Assembly: GCA_027452005.1 (NCBI GenBank)
Contig: DAIDHF010000012.1
Span: 735-64,734, forward strand
Direction of reading: 5' to 3'
Length of the DNA: 64,000 bases
Source: Acidimicrobiales bacterium
GTDB lineage: Bacteria; Actinomycetota; Acidimicrobiia; Acidimicrobiales; JAKAVM01
Below, piece after piece: positions 26,870-36,418 of this stretch. Made by a program: the position numbers and the translations under genes. Below the pieces are notes generated by a model. It ran no database searches. It was not told where the DNA came from and saw only the letters and a list, made by a program, of their open reading frames with translations. Position 1 is the first letter of the stretch; the number at the start of each line of letters is the position of its first letter.

Positions 26870-29506
26870 CTACAGGGCCTCCAACCTGACGTCGGTAACC
26901 AGCTCGCCATAGCCGATCAGATCCCCGGCCAATACTTGTCCCTCAGAGCGGGGAACGTTGAAGGCTACCAGAGCGGTCCCCTTTGAGATGGAGTCGTCCA
27001 CCTCGACCTGGGCCTCGTGGGCCCCGGCAGACGAGACCACCCTGACCCGGTCACCGGACATAGCCCCGATCCGGTCTAGATCGTAGTGGTTTACCCTCAG
27101 GACCGAACCCGGGCGTTCCACCCCCGATAGGGGCTCGGTCAAGACGCCCCGGTCATAGAGGACCTTGGGGGCCATCAGTCTCAAGGAGTACGCGTCCAGC
27201 GTCGGAATCGATAGCTCCCGAGAGACCTCGGAAAACTCCACCCGGGCCGGGACTTGAGGCAGTGACTCACCTCTGACCGGGTCGCTCTCTTTATCTACCC
27301 CCGTACCCGGACGGAGGGGATGATGGACCAGAGAGGCTATCCCCGGAGTCGCAATCGGGTCGAACCACCTCGGGACGACTCGATCACCGTAAAGGGGGAT
27401 TACCACCCCGTCGCTTTGAGCCAGGGAAGTCCAGATGTGTGGCTTGAGATTTGAATACAGCGGGACAACCCGTTCCATCTCCTCGGATATATCTTGTTGC
27501 GAACTAAATCCCAGGTCACCACCGAGTTCCTTGGCCAGCAATACAGCCACGGTCCAGTCATCGAAGGCTTGGCCCGGACCGGTTACCTTTCGGGACAATG
27601 ACGACACCCGACCCTCAAAGTTGGTCGTCGTTCCCCCCTTCTCGCCGAAGGTGGTCGTGGGCAAGATAACCCCGGCCAACTTGGCCGACTCGTCTAGATG
27701 AGACGTCACCGAGACTACCAGGGCTCCAGACTCCAGGGCCTTTTTGGCCAGGGACCGTGACGGAAAGTCACTCACCGGGTCTGCCCCGAGTAAGATCAAC
27801 ACGGCCATTGAGCCAGCTGCCGCCCGGGCCAACATCTCCCCGGTTGACATCCCCGGTCCCTGGGCCACCTGGCCCCAGTGTCCCTCATAGTAACCCCGGG
27901 CGTCATCTATGGTCATCCGGCCTGGCAACAGATTTGGACTCAGCCCACAGTCGAGGGCCCCGTGAGTGTTTGCCCGCCTGACCACGGTTAGAAACCGGGC
28001 CCCGGGAAGATTCTCGCGCACCTTGGACGCACACTGGGTTACAATCTGGGCCGAATCGGCCATGGAGGCCCGACCCAACACGAACACGACCCCGGGGGAA
28101 TCCTCAATGAGGGCCCTCGCCCGGTCGATATCTGCTAGCTCGACTCCACCTACTGGCAACCCGGCCCCGGATCCCGCCTTGGTCGGTCCCGGCGTCACGA
28201 GGGAATTGACCACCAAGTGGGCCTCACCCGGGCGGTGGAACAGACTCATGGCTGAGTACTTGGTCATCGAGGTCGGGTTGGGCGAGATCTCCAAGACCCG
28301 GGTAGTCCCTCGATCTATGGCCCCCTTGAGACGCAAGAACAGGATTGGAGACTCCTCTTTTATGTCGGGTCCTACGAGTACCACGAGAGGACTAGCACAG
28401 GTCTCATCTATCGTGGCCTTGGGGAGCCCCACGATTACCTCTGGGTCTAGCCCGTCTCCGAGTTGGGCATCCACGTTATTGGTCCCAAACACCGACCGGG
28501 CTAGCTTCGACCAGGCGTACGCGTCCTCGTTGGGAAGACGAGAACCCCCGATAATACCTATCGACTCGGGACCCGTTGTGGCAAGTGCCTCCTTGATTGC
28601 CCGGGCCACATGGTCGACGGCAACCTTCCAGGAGACCTCTTGGTGGTCGACTTGGGGAGTCACCACCCGAGATTCGGCGTAGTTGGCCAGATACCCAAAA
28701 CGACCCTTGTCGCACAACCAGGACTGGTTGACCGGGTCACTATCTATCCCGAGATACCGAATCAACTTGTCCTGTGAGGACTGAATAACCATCCGACACC
28801 CCGTGGCGCAACCCACACAGGTCGACTCAGCCTGCTCCAGGTCCCAGGGACGTGACGCGAACCGGTACGGGGTAGCAGTAAGAGCCCCGACCGGACAGAT
28901 CTGAACCGTGTTCCCCGAGAAATACGACGTGAACTTGTTGTCGTCAAAGATGTTTACCTCGGTAGAGTCCCCCCGGGCCATAAAGTCGATCATTGGGTCC
29001 CCGGCTACCTCCTCGGCAAACCGGGTACACCGGGCACACTGGATACAGCGCTCTCGGTCTAGCAAGATCAACTCCGACAGGGCAATCGGCTTAGCCCAGT
29101 GCCTCTTGGCTTCCACGAAACGGCTCTCGCCCGGGCCATAGGTTAGGGTCTGGTCCTGGAGGGGACATTCACCTCCCTTGTCACACACCGGGCAGTCCAA
29201 GGGGTGATTAATCAACAAGAACTCCAAGACCCCGTCTTGGGCTTTCTTGACCTTGTCGGACTCAGTGACTATCTCCATGTCAGGCTGGACGGGCATATAG
29301 CACGACGGCTGCAGGCTCATGCCCCGGGGCCCGGACACCTCGACCAGACACATCCGGCACATCCCCACCGGCTTCATCCTGGGGTGGTAACAGAACCTGG
29401 GTACGTGAACCCCGGCCTTGTCACAGGCCTCTATAATTAGCTCCCCGGGACTTGCCTCATAGTCTGCCCCGTCTATCTTGATCAAGAACTTGTCGTCGTC
29501 TGTCAC
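26870..29506 (-). CDS. nuoG: NADH-quinone oxidoreductase subunit G (long, 878-aa form)
   Basis: An N-terminal 2Fe-2S/4Fe-4S cysteine cluster region (CYHPRMKPVGMCRMCLVEV, HPLDCPVCDKGGECPLQD) followed by a molybdopterin-oxidoreductase-like domain. Confidence 0.93.
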   Translation of the reverse strand: MTDDDKFLIKIDGADYEASPGELIIEACDKAGVHVPRFCYHPRMKPVGMCRMCLVEVSGPRGMSLQPSCYMPVQPDMEIVTESDKVKKAQDGVLEFLLINHPLDCPVCDKGGECPLQDQTLTYGPGESRFVEAKRHWAKPIALSELILLDRERCIQCARCTRFAEEVAGDPMIDFMARGDSTEVNIFDDNKFTSYFSGNTVQICPVGALTATPYRFASRPWDLEQAESTCVGCATGCRMVIQSSQDKLIRYLGIDSDPVNQSWLCDKGRFGYLANYAESRVVTPQVDHQEVSWKVAVDHVARAIKEALATTGPESIGIIGGSRLPNEDAYAWSKLARSVFGTNNVDAQLGDGLDPEVIVGLPKATIDETCASPLVVLVGPDIKEESPILFLRLKGAIDRGTTRVLEISPNPTSMTKYSAMSLFHRPGEAHLVVNSLVTPGPTKAGSGAGLPVGGVELADIDRARALIEDSPGVVFVLGRASMADSAQIVTQCASKVRENLPGARFLTVVRRANTHGALDCGLSPNLLPGRMTIDDARGYYEGHWGQVAQGPGMSTGEMLARAAAGSMAVLILLGADPVSDFPSRSLAKKALESGALVVSVTSHLDESAKLAGVILPTTTFGEKGGTTTNFEGRVSSLSRKVTGPGQAFDDWTVAVLLAKELGGDLGFSSQQDISEEMERVVPLYSNLKPHIWTSLAQSDGVVIPLYGDRVVPRWFDPIATPGIASLVHHPLRPGTGVDKESDPVRGESLPQVPARVEFSEVSRELSIPTLDAYSLRLMAPKVLYDRGVLTEPLSGVERPGSVLRVNHYDLDRIGAMSGDRVRVVSSAGAHEAQVEVDDSISKGTALVAFNVPRSEGQVLAGDLIGYGELVTDVRLEAL

Positions 29507-30798
29507 GAGAAGGGACAGCCTCCCTCTTTGATGTGAATTAAGTACTCATCTCTGAACATCCTGATCGACCAGGCCACCGATGACGGTATTGACGGACCCA
29601 GCACGCAGATCGTGGTCTGCTGCGGTGGCCAGGTAACTCCTGGGGCGATATTATCGCAGGCATCCATAAGTAAATCCAGGTCTTCCTCGCGGCCGTACCC
29701 GTCTTCGATCCGACGCATGATCTTGTCTATCCATCCCGATCCCTCGCGACACGGGGTACACTGCCCGCAGGACTCCCGGTGAAAGAACCTCGCAATCCTC
29801 CAAGCGGCTCGCACCATACAGGTCTCCTCGTCCATGACCACGACTGACCCGGACCCGAGCATCGACCCGGCCTTGGCCACCTCGTCTTGGTCTAGGTGAA
29901 GATCGAGTTGGTCTGGTCCGAACCACGGGGCCGAGGCCCCTCCTGGGATAATGGCTTTCACCTTGTTGTCACGTCTTACCCCCCCACCTAGATCGGGGTT
30001 GTATATGAGGTCACGGAAGGTTGACTTGGCCATCTCGATCTCGTAGTTCCCGGGTTGCTTGACGTGCCCGGACAGGGCAAACAGGCGAGTCCCCGTGGAT
30101 CTCCCGGCCCCCAGGGCCGCAAAAGCGGCTCCCCCGTTAGATATTATCCACGGCATGTTCGACATGGTCTCGACATTGTTTACCACGGTCGGCTCGCCAT
30201 AGAGCCCGATCACAGCCGGGAAGAACGGGGGCTTGATCCTGGGATATCCCCGCTTTCCTTCCAGGCTCTCAAGTAGGGCGGTCTCTTCTCCACAGATATA
30301 GGCCCCGGCCCCGGGGTGCACGACCAGATCGACCGAGAACCCAGACCCGAAGATATCGGGCCCGATCGCCCCGTACTCGTAGGCCTCATTTACGGCCCCC
30401 AAGACTCGCTCTAGTCCCAGGGCGAACTCACCCCGGATAAAGATAAATGCCTGGGTGGCCTGGATGGCATACGCCGAGATCAGGGTCCCCTCCACTAGCT
30501 GATGGGGATCTCTCTCAATTAGCATCCGGTCTTTAAACGTGGCCGGCTCGCTCTCGTCTCCATTTACCACCAGGTACCGGACCGGGTTAGCTCGTAACAT
30601 GGACCACTTGCGTCCGGTCTCAAACCCGGCCCCTCCCCGGCCCAACAAGTTAGAAGTGGTGACCTCGGCGCAGACCTCCTCGGGGGTCATCTTGAGGGCC
30701 TTGCGAAGGGCCTGATACCCCCCGGTCTTTACGTACCGGTCAATCGTGAACGAGTCCTCAAAACCAAGTCGGGACGTGACCATCTTGGGGGTACTCAC
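29503..30798 (-). CDS. nuoF: NADH-quinone oxidoreductase subunit F
   Basis: GLLGRGGAGFETGRKW (FMN/NADH site) and ESCGQCTPCREG (4Fe-4S). Confidence 0.95.
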   Translation of the reverse strand: MSTPKMVTSRLGFEDSFTIDRYVKTGGYQALRKALKMTPEEVCAEVTTSNLLGRGGAGFETGRKWSMLRANPVRYLVVNGDESEPATFKDRMLIERDPHQLVEGTLISAYAIQATQAFIFIRGEFALGLERVLGAVNEAYEYGAIGPDIFGSGFSVDLVVHPGAGAYICGEETALLESLEGKRGYPRIKPPFFPAVIGLYGEPTVVNNVETMSNMPWIISNGGAAFAALGAGRSTGTRLFALSGHVKQPGNYEIEMAKSTFRDLIYNPDLGGGVRRDNKVKAIIPGGASAPWFGPDQLDLHLDQDEVAKAGSMLGSGSVVVMDEETCMVRAAWRIARFFHRESCGQCTPCREGSGWIDKIMRRIEDGYGREEDLDLLMDACDNIAPGVTWPPQQTTICVLGPSIPSSVAWSIRMFRDEYLIHIKEGGCPFS

Positions 30799-31418
30799 TT
30801 GGCCCCCCTCTTGGTCGGAGTGGGCTGGGCAATCTGGCTGGACTTTCCACCAGCCTGGGGTTCTTGGGTTGGGCTGGCTGTAAGGCCGACGTTGCGGGAG
30901 TTCCTGTACACGGTCCCGTGAGGGGGAATCTCGTTGTCTAGCCGACCCGCCTCTAAGTCGTCGACCAACTGGTCGATTCCCTGGTTATCGAGCCCGAGAA
31001 AGTACCGGTAGTTGACCGTTACACACGGGGGGCCGTCGCACCCGGCCATGCACTCGGTCTCTTCCAGGGTGAACTTACCATCCTTGGTGGTCTGCCCGCA
31101 CCTAATACCTAAACGATCCTCACAGTGCTCTAGTAGTTCGTAGGCCCCGCCTAGCATGCACGCAATGTTCGTGCATACCCCGACCAGATAACGGCCAACC
31201 GGCTCGGTGTGGAGCATGTCATAGAAGCTCGCCGTCCCCTTTACCTCCGCTGGGGCAAGGTCCAAGAGGTCGGCAATCTCAACAATGGCCTCCGGGGTTA
31301 GCCAGCCGTCTTGGGACTGGGCCAGGTGACACAGTGGGATCAAAGCTGACCGGGCCTTGGGGTATAGACCTATAATCTCCTTGGCCTTGACCAGGTTGTC
31401 GGGGGTAAATCCTCCCAC
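30795..31418 (-). CDS. nuoE: NADH-quinone oxidoreductase subunit E
   Basis: 2Fe-2S ligand pattern (VCTNIAC...ECMAGCDGPP), thioredoxin-like NuoE. Confidence 0.92.
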   Translation of the reverse strand: MGGFTPDNLVKAKEIIGLYPKARSALIPLCHLAQSQDGWLTPEAIVEIADLLDLAPAEVKGTASFYDMLHTEPVGRYLVGVCTNIACMLGGAYELLEHCEDRLGIRCGQTTKDGKFTLEETECMAGCDGPPCVTVNYRYFLGLDNQGIDQLVDDLEAGRLDNEIPPHGTVYRNSRNVGLTASPTQEPQAGGKSSQIAQPTPTKRGAK

Positions 31419-32743
31419 TACCTATCTACCTCTCCCATGACCGGGTCAACCGAGGACACTATGGCCACGGCGTCAGCGATTAGGGCCCCACGCAACAGGG
31501 TTGGAAGAGCCTGCAGGTTTACAAACGAAGGTGCCCGGGTGTGCATCCGATACGGCCGCGAGGTCCCGTCAGACACCATGTAACACCCCAACTCGCCCCG
31601 GGGGGATTCAACGGCCACGTACACCTCTCCCGGGGGGACCGAGAAACCCTGGGTGTACAGTTTGAAGTGGTGAATCAGGGCCTCCATGGACTCGTCTATT
31701 CGCCCCCTCGGAGGCGGGGTTATCTTCTTGTCCTGAGTCTTATAGTCACCACCAGGCATCTTGTCCATGATCTGGGAAACTATCCTAACCGACTCTCTGA
31801 GTTCACCCATTCTCACGGCATACCGGTCAAACGTATCGCCCTGAGACCCGACCACGACGTCAAAATCTACCTCTGAGTAAGCCAGATAGGGCATTGTACG
31901 TCGCAAGTCCCAGGGAACCCCGGCAGCCCTCAAGATTGGACCGGTGGCCGACAGAGCGATCGCGGTCTTCGCATCAATAATCCCGACCCCCTCGGTTCGC
32001 TCCCTGAATATAGGTTGTCCGGTAAATAGCTGGTCGAAGTCGTCCAAGGTAGACGAGGTGTGAGCCAGGATGTCTTCAACGTCGTCTTGCCAGCCGGAAG
32101 GCAGGTCTGCAGCTACTCCCCCCGGGCGGATAAAGTTGTGGTTCATCCTAACCCCGGTCGTCTTCTCGAAGAACCTCAAGATTCGTTCTCGCTCGCGGAA
32201 TCCGTAGATCATCATGGACGTAGCAGCCAGGTCCATCCCGTTGGTGGCCATCCAGGTCAGATGTGACGAGAGCCGGTTTAGTTCGACCATGAGCATTCGG
32301 ATCCAGGTAGCCCGGTCGGGAATTTCGACCTCGCCCAGGGCCTCAACGGCCAGGGAGAAGGCCAACTCGTTGGCCAGAGGAGACAGGTAGTCCATCCGGG
32401 TCACGTTGGTCCCACCTTGTAGGAAACTCAAGGTCTCGGCCGTCTTTTCCATGCCCGTGTGGAGGTATCCAATGACCGACTTGGTCCTGATCACGGTCTC
32501 CCCGTTGAGCTCGAGCATGAGCCTGAGTACCCCGTGGGTGGAGGGATGCTGAGGCCCCATGTTTATTATCATGGTCTCATCGGACAACTTTTCAATGTTG
32601 ATGTCGTCGGGATCGAGCAGGGCGACCCGGGGGTCGGCCATCTCGCCCAGCTCTCTTTGCATCTCGACCTCTTCGGTGGCCTGCCTGGTAGCCATCTCCT
32701 GTTTGGGCTCAGCTGTCCCCCACGTGTTAGTGGTATCGGTCAT
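31418..32743 (-). CDS. nuoD: NADH-quinone oxidoreductase subunit D
   Basis: NMGPQHPSTHGVLRL near the N-terminus and the C-terminal ...VDPVMGEVDR. Confidence 0.95.
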   Translation of the reverse strand: MTDTTNTWGTAEPKQEMATRQATEEVEMQRELGEMADPRVALLDPDDINIEKLSDETMIINMGPQHPSTHGVLRLMLELNGETVIRTKSVIGYLHTGMEKTAETLSFLQGGTNVTRMDYLSPLANELAFSLAVEALGEVEIPDRATWIRMLMVELNRLSSHLTWMATNGMDLAATSMMIYGFRERERILRFFEKTTGVRMNHNFIRPGGVAADLPSGWQDDVEDILAHTSSTLDDFDQLFTGQPIFRERTEGVGIIDAKTAIALSATGPILRAAGVPWDLRRTMPYLAYSEVDFDVVVGSQGDTFDRYAVRMGELRESVRIVSQIMDKMPGGDYKTQDKKITPPPRGRIDESMEALIHHFKLYTQGFSVPPGEVYVAVESPRGELGCYMVSDGTSRPYRMHTRAPSFVNLQALPTLLRGALIADAVAIVSSVDPVMGEVDR

Positions 32744-33162
32744 TTGAACTGCACCGGAACGGCCCCAATGTCATAGTCCTTGCGGAGAGGAAAGCCCTCC
32801 CATTCATCAGGCATGAGTATTCTCGACAAGTCCGGGTGGCCCCTAAAGATAATCCCGAACATGTCGTAGGCTTCACGCTCCATTGCCTCAACCCCGGGAT
32901 ATATATCGTATATCGAGTCTATCTCGGGATTGGGATAGGGTACCTGCACCCGAACCCTCGCCCGGGCCGGGTCATCTAAGTTCAACACGTTAACCACGAT
33001 CTCAAAGCGCTCGGGACGGATCCCGTCGTCCAAAGTCCTCCCCGGATGGGTCAAATAGTCAACACAGCACAAATCGCAACACATCTGAAACTGTCGGTCA
33101 CGCAGCTCGATCATCTGTTGTCGATAGGACTCCCGGGTGGGGAAATACATCTCGGGATTCAT
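32740..33162 (-). CDS. nuoC: NADH-quinone oxidoreductase subunit C (minimal 140-aa form)
   Basis: [36 protein letters not shown] is the NuoC/Nqo5 signature. ATGA overlaps with both nuoB and nuoD fix the boundaries. Confidence 0.88.
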   Translation of the reverse strand: MNPEMYFPTRESYRQQMIELRDRQFQMCCDLCCVDYLTHPGRTLDDGIRPERFEIVVNVLNLDDPARARVRVQVPYPNPEIDSIYDIYPGVEAMEREAYDMFGIIFRGHPDLSRILMPDEWEGFPLRKDYDIGAVPVQFK

Positions 33163-33716
33163 TTGGGGGTAGACACTCCCAGCTCGTAGAGGTCTGAGCC
33201 ACCTCCCAGGCGGGTAAATCTCTTCGGATCGCTCTCTGGTCGAACTCTCCGGGCAAGATCGCCGGTTCTTATCTGCTCATGCAGGGTTAGTATTGCATGC
33301 ATCAAGGTCTCCGGGTTGGGCGGACAGCCAGGCGCGTACACGTCTACCGGGACAACCTGATCAACTCCTTGGACAATCGCGTAGTTGTTGAACATCCCCC
33401 CGCTAGACGCACACACCCCCATTGAGATAACCCACTTGGGCTCGACCATCTGATCGTATACCTGACGCAGGACCGGGGCCATCTTCTGGCTGACCCGTCC
33501 GGCAACAATCATCAGGTCTGCCTGGCGCGGCGAGGCCCTAAAAACCTCCATCCCAAACCTGGACAGGTCAAAATCAGCCGCCCCGGTGGCCATCATCTCA
33601 ATGGCACAACAAGCCAGTCCAAACGTGGCCGGCCACACGCTCATCCGTCTGGCCCACTTGACTAGGTCTTCTAGGCGGCCAATCAAAAAATTGTGTTTCA
33701 GGCTTTCGAGTCCCAC
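33159..33716 (-). CDS. nuoB: NADH-quinone oxidoreductase subunit B
   Basis: [10 protein letters not shown]...CASSGGMF...GCPP cysteine ligands of cluster N2. Confidence 0.95.
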   Translation of the reverse strand: MGLESLKHNFLIGRLEDLVKWARRMSVWPATFGLACCAIEMMATGAADFDLSRFGMEVFRASPRQADLMIVAGRVSQKMAPVLRQVYDQMVEPKWVISMGVCASSGGMFNNYAIVQGVDQVVPVDVYAPGCPPNPETLMHAILTLHEQIRTGDLARRVRPESDPKRFTRLGGGSDLYELGVSTPK

Positions 33717-34090
33717 GTTCTCCTCAATCTATTTACCGGTCCCCAGCTCAAGGCCCCGTTAGCCATGAGGTAGTAGAACGCCACGACCACGGCAACCCCG
33801 AACACACCCATCTCCACGAGTCCAAACGTGCGAAGCTGGTTGAAGATAATCGCCCACGGGTACAAGAACACAATCTCAATATCAAAGACAATGAAAATCA
33901 TCGCGATTAGATAGAACTTCACCGGAAATCTCTCTGCGGGTTCCACGGTAGGTACAATCCCACACTCATACGGGGCGGACTTGGCCTGGGTCGGTCGACT
34001 GGGCGACAGGAGGTTAGACCCGACAATGGACAGCCCGGCAAAGGCCACTCCGAGAATAATCATGAGAAAAATGGGCAGGTACTCACTCAT
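33698..34090 (-). CDS. nuoA: NADH-quinone oxidoreductase subunit A
   Basis: 130 aa, three TM helices, YECG and [12 protein letters not shown] motifs. First gene of the operon. Confidence 0.93.
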   Translation of the reverse strand: MSEYLPIFLMIILGVAFAGLSIVGSNLLSPSRPTQAKSAPYECGIVPTVEPAERFPVKFYLIAMIFIVFDIEIVFLYPWAIIFNQLRTFGLVEMGVFGVAVVVAFYYLMANGALSWGPVNRLRRTWDSKA

Positions 34091-34173
34091 ATTGTTACTA
34101 GTGGTCTAGCACGTAACTAATGCCCTAAGCACATCAATGGCGTCACTTGGGACCTTGGACCTAGGCTGGTTGG

Positions 34174-35319
34174 GTGGACTACGACGTGTGTATTGTAGGA
34201 GCCGGTCCGGCCGGGTCAAGTGCCGCCTACTGGCTGGCAAAAGCTGGTCACAAGGTCGTGACGGTTGAGAAGAAGTCCTTCCCCCGGGCAAAGACCTGTG
34301 GTGACGGGCTAACCCCCCGGGCCACGTACTGGCTAGACCAGATGGGCCTCTTGGACGGCCTCCAAGAATTCCACCGCTACCAGGGACTTCGCGCGTTTGG
34401 ATTTGGGAGATCCCTGGAGATGGCCTGGCCAGATCATCCACAATATGGCAATATTGGATATACGGTAACCCGCTTTGACCTCGACCAACTGGTAGCCAAT
34501 CACGCCCAAAAGGCCGGGGCAACCCTGGTAAGCCCCTATGAGGCGACCTCGGTCGACATCTTGGCCGACCAGGTCAAGGTCGAGATCACCTCTAAGACAG
34601 GCGACAAAGACACCCTCGTGGCCAGGTACCTACTCGTGTGTGAAGGAGCCAACTCACGGATCGGGCGCTCACTCGGGGTGTCTAGAAACCGGGCCTGGCC
34701 CCAGGGTATGGCTATCCGGAGCTACTGGGACTCGCCCAGACACGATGAACCCTGGATTGAGTCGCACCTGGACATCTGTGACGCAGATGGAACCCTCCTT
34801 CCAGGATACGGGTGGATCTTTCCCTTAGGCAATGGCCGGGTAAATATCGGGGTAGGACTGTTAGATAACAAGACAAACACCTCCAGACTCCTGGACGCAT
34901 TTTTGCAAAAGATCGCCAAGTCCTGGGAGATCGACATTAATTCGCCAACTACGCCTCCGACCGGGGGAAGATTGCCGATGGGCCTGGCGCTTGGACCGGT
35001 TTGTGGACCTAACTTCTTGGTGGCTGGCGATAGCGCGGGAACAATAAACCCATTCAACGGTGAGGGGATTGCCTATGCCTATGAGACCGGTGCAATGGCC
35101 GCCCGATGTCTTGGTGATGCCCTAAACGGGGGCGGGGCGGCAAGTTTAGCCCGGTACGAGCAGGAACTCGATGACACCTTTGGGCGCTACTATAAGGTCG
35201 GTCGCCTATTTGTCCGCGCTATCGGCAAACCAGTCATTCTCAAGACATGTGTATCTGTCGGGATGCGATCTAAGCCAATTATGACCCAGGTAATGAAGGT
35301 AATGGCCAACCTTCGTTAG
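34174..35319 (+). CDS. Geranylgeranyl reductase-family FAD-dependent oxidoreductase
   Basis: DVCIVGAGPAGSSAAYWLAKAG dinucleotide fold, KTCGDGLTPRA motif, and later LVAGDSAGTINPFNGEGI. Confidence 0.85.
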   Translation: MDYDVCIVGAGPAGSSAAYWLAKAGHKVVTVEKKSFPRAKTCGDGLTPRATYWLDQMGLLDGLQEFHRYQGLRAFGFGRSLEMAWPDHPQYGNIGYTVTRFDLDQLVANHAQKAGATLVSPYEATSVDILADQVKVEITSKTGDKDTLVARYLLVCEGANSRIGRSLGVSRNRAWPQGMAIRSYWDSPRHDEPWIESHLDICDADGTLLPGYGWIFPLGNGRVNIGVGLLDNKTNTSRLLDAFLQKIAKSWEIDINSPTTPPTGGRLPMGLALGPVCGPNFLVAGDSAGTINPFNGEGIAYAYETGAMAARCLGDALNGGGAASLARYEQELDDTFGRYYKVGRLFVRAIGKPVILKTCVSVGMRSKPIMTQVMKVMANLR

Positions 35320-35406
35320 TGCTGAAATGAACCCTTTGGCTATTAGTCATATGAGCCTTTCACCCTCAAACTCGGTCGAGGACGCATCTTTCTTGAGTTA
35401 TTGGCT

Positions 35407-35979
35407 CTAAATATTTCCCGCAGGTGAACTCTGTCCTTGGAACTGACTCGAAGCCATCATGGGCTTACCTTTAACCTCCTCAATGACAAGTTGACAAATT
35501 GCCATTCCTGGTCGCAAAGTAAAAGTTGCAAAACCAAGATTGGTTATTTCTAAAGTAATCGTTCCTTCAAATCCAGCATGGATTACCGGAGCTGTGAAGT
35601 GTACAAGAATCCCACATCGAGCTAAAGAGCTCCTTCCCTCAACTCTTGCGGCAAAAAAAGGCCCGTCATTTGAAAGGGAAAAACTCACCCTCTCCACAGT
35701 ATTTGCAAGAACAAATTCGTGTCTAGATAGTTGATAAGGTTGATGATCAGTTATACTATGTGCATCACTATTATTCGCCAAATACTTGGCTATTCCTCCT
35801 TCGGAAAGGTCAACCGAAACTGGCTGATCGGTCTTGGGAACAATAATCTGATTTGACAGATGAAGATCGATAGCAGAGGTATTGAATGGTGACTTACCTG
35901 GATCAGCGCCGGGTGAGGGGTCGATCTTGAAATGGCCAGCTTCGAGACAATTTAGTATTTCAATGTTACTTAGGATCAT
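35407..35979 (-). CDS. dCTP deaminase (Dcd/dUTPase-fold) family protein in a low-GC islet
   Basis: From the internal Met: MILSNIEILNCLEAGHFKIDP..., RVEGRSSLARCGILVHFTAPVIHAGFEGTITLEITN...LRPGMAICQLV...SQFQGQSSPAG. This matches the Dcd pattern, with the Ser/Arg loop and the catalytic Glu in ITLE present. The ORF-track start at 36048 would overlap the upstream ORF. Confidence 0.75.
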   Translation of the reverse strand: MILSNIEILNCLEAGHFKIDPSPGADPGKSPFNTSAIDLHLSNQIIVPKTDQPVSVDLSEGGIAKYLANNSDAHSITDHQPYQLSRHEFVLANTVERVSFSLSNDGPFFAARVEGRSSLARCGILVHFTAPVIHAGFEGTITLEITNLGFATFTLRPGMAICQLVIEEVKGKPMMASSQFQGQSSPAGNI

Positions 35980-35992
35980 ATCCTTGAGCGAT

Positions 35993-36283
35993 CTACAATG
36001 GTCGAACCTTTTGACTGGCCACGTCGATCCATCGAGAACCAGTTTCAAAGGTTTCGGTAGGAAGAAGTACTCTTACGAGTTGCCCCGATTTAGGATCTTC
36101 GGCACAAGTTGAATATGCTCTAAGAGAATCGATATTCTCGTTTTTGCTTATCAAGCTCAGGTCCGCAAAAAAAGACACGTTACGGTCATTTGCCTCGATC
36201 ATGACTGCAACTTCATTCTCGAACATTCCTTTGGATGTGTTACATTCCACAAGGACTTCTTGCAGGGTTCCAATGTCACTCAT
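35993..36283 (-). CDS. Hypothetical 96-aa protein, 13 nt upstream of the dcd-like gene and co-oriented with it
   Basis: The ORF has the same low GC as the dcd-like gene. No motif recognised (MSDIGTLQEVLVECNTSKGMFENEVAVMIEANDRNVSFFADLSLI...). Confidence 0.45.
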   Translation of the reverse strand: MSDIGTLQEVLVECNTSKGMFENEVAVMIEANDRNVSFFADLSLISKNENIDSLRAYSTCAEDPKSGQLVRVLLPTETFETGSRWIDVASQKVRPL

Positions 36284-36418
36284 ATGTGAATTATATAGTT
36301 AAGGTATGACATGACCGGCGGATGCAGAGTTTCAACTCCTTGACCAGGACTCCGTGGGAAGAGATGAACGTTGTATCGGCTGAATCCAGGCGTGCGAATT
36401 AACACTGGGCCTAGAGTC

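Noticed and set aside
34091-34173. A Rex operator (TTGTGAA-N6-TTCACAA type) upstream of nuoA, rex (44443-44511), pntA and ctaC.
   Set aside because: I found no full dyad. There is only a lone TTGTGA half-site at 60081-60086 upstream of ctaC, which is insufficient.
34106-34522. A 138-aa minus ORF between nuoA and the reductase gene.
   Set aside because: It is an R/P/S-rich translation antisense to the well-supported FAD-binding N-terminus of the geranylgeranyl-reductase-family gene.
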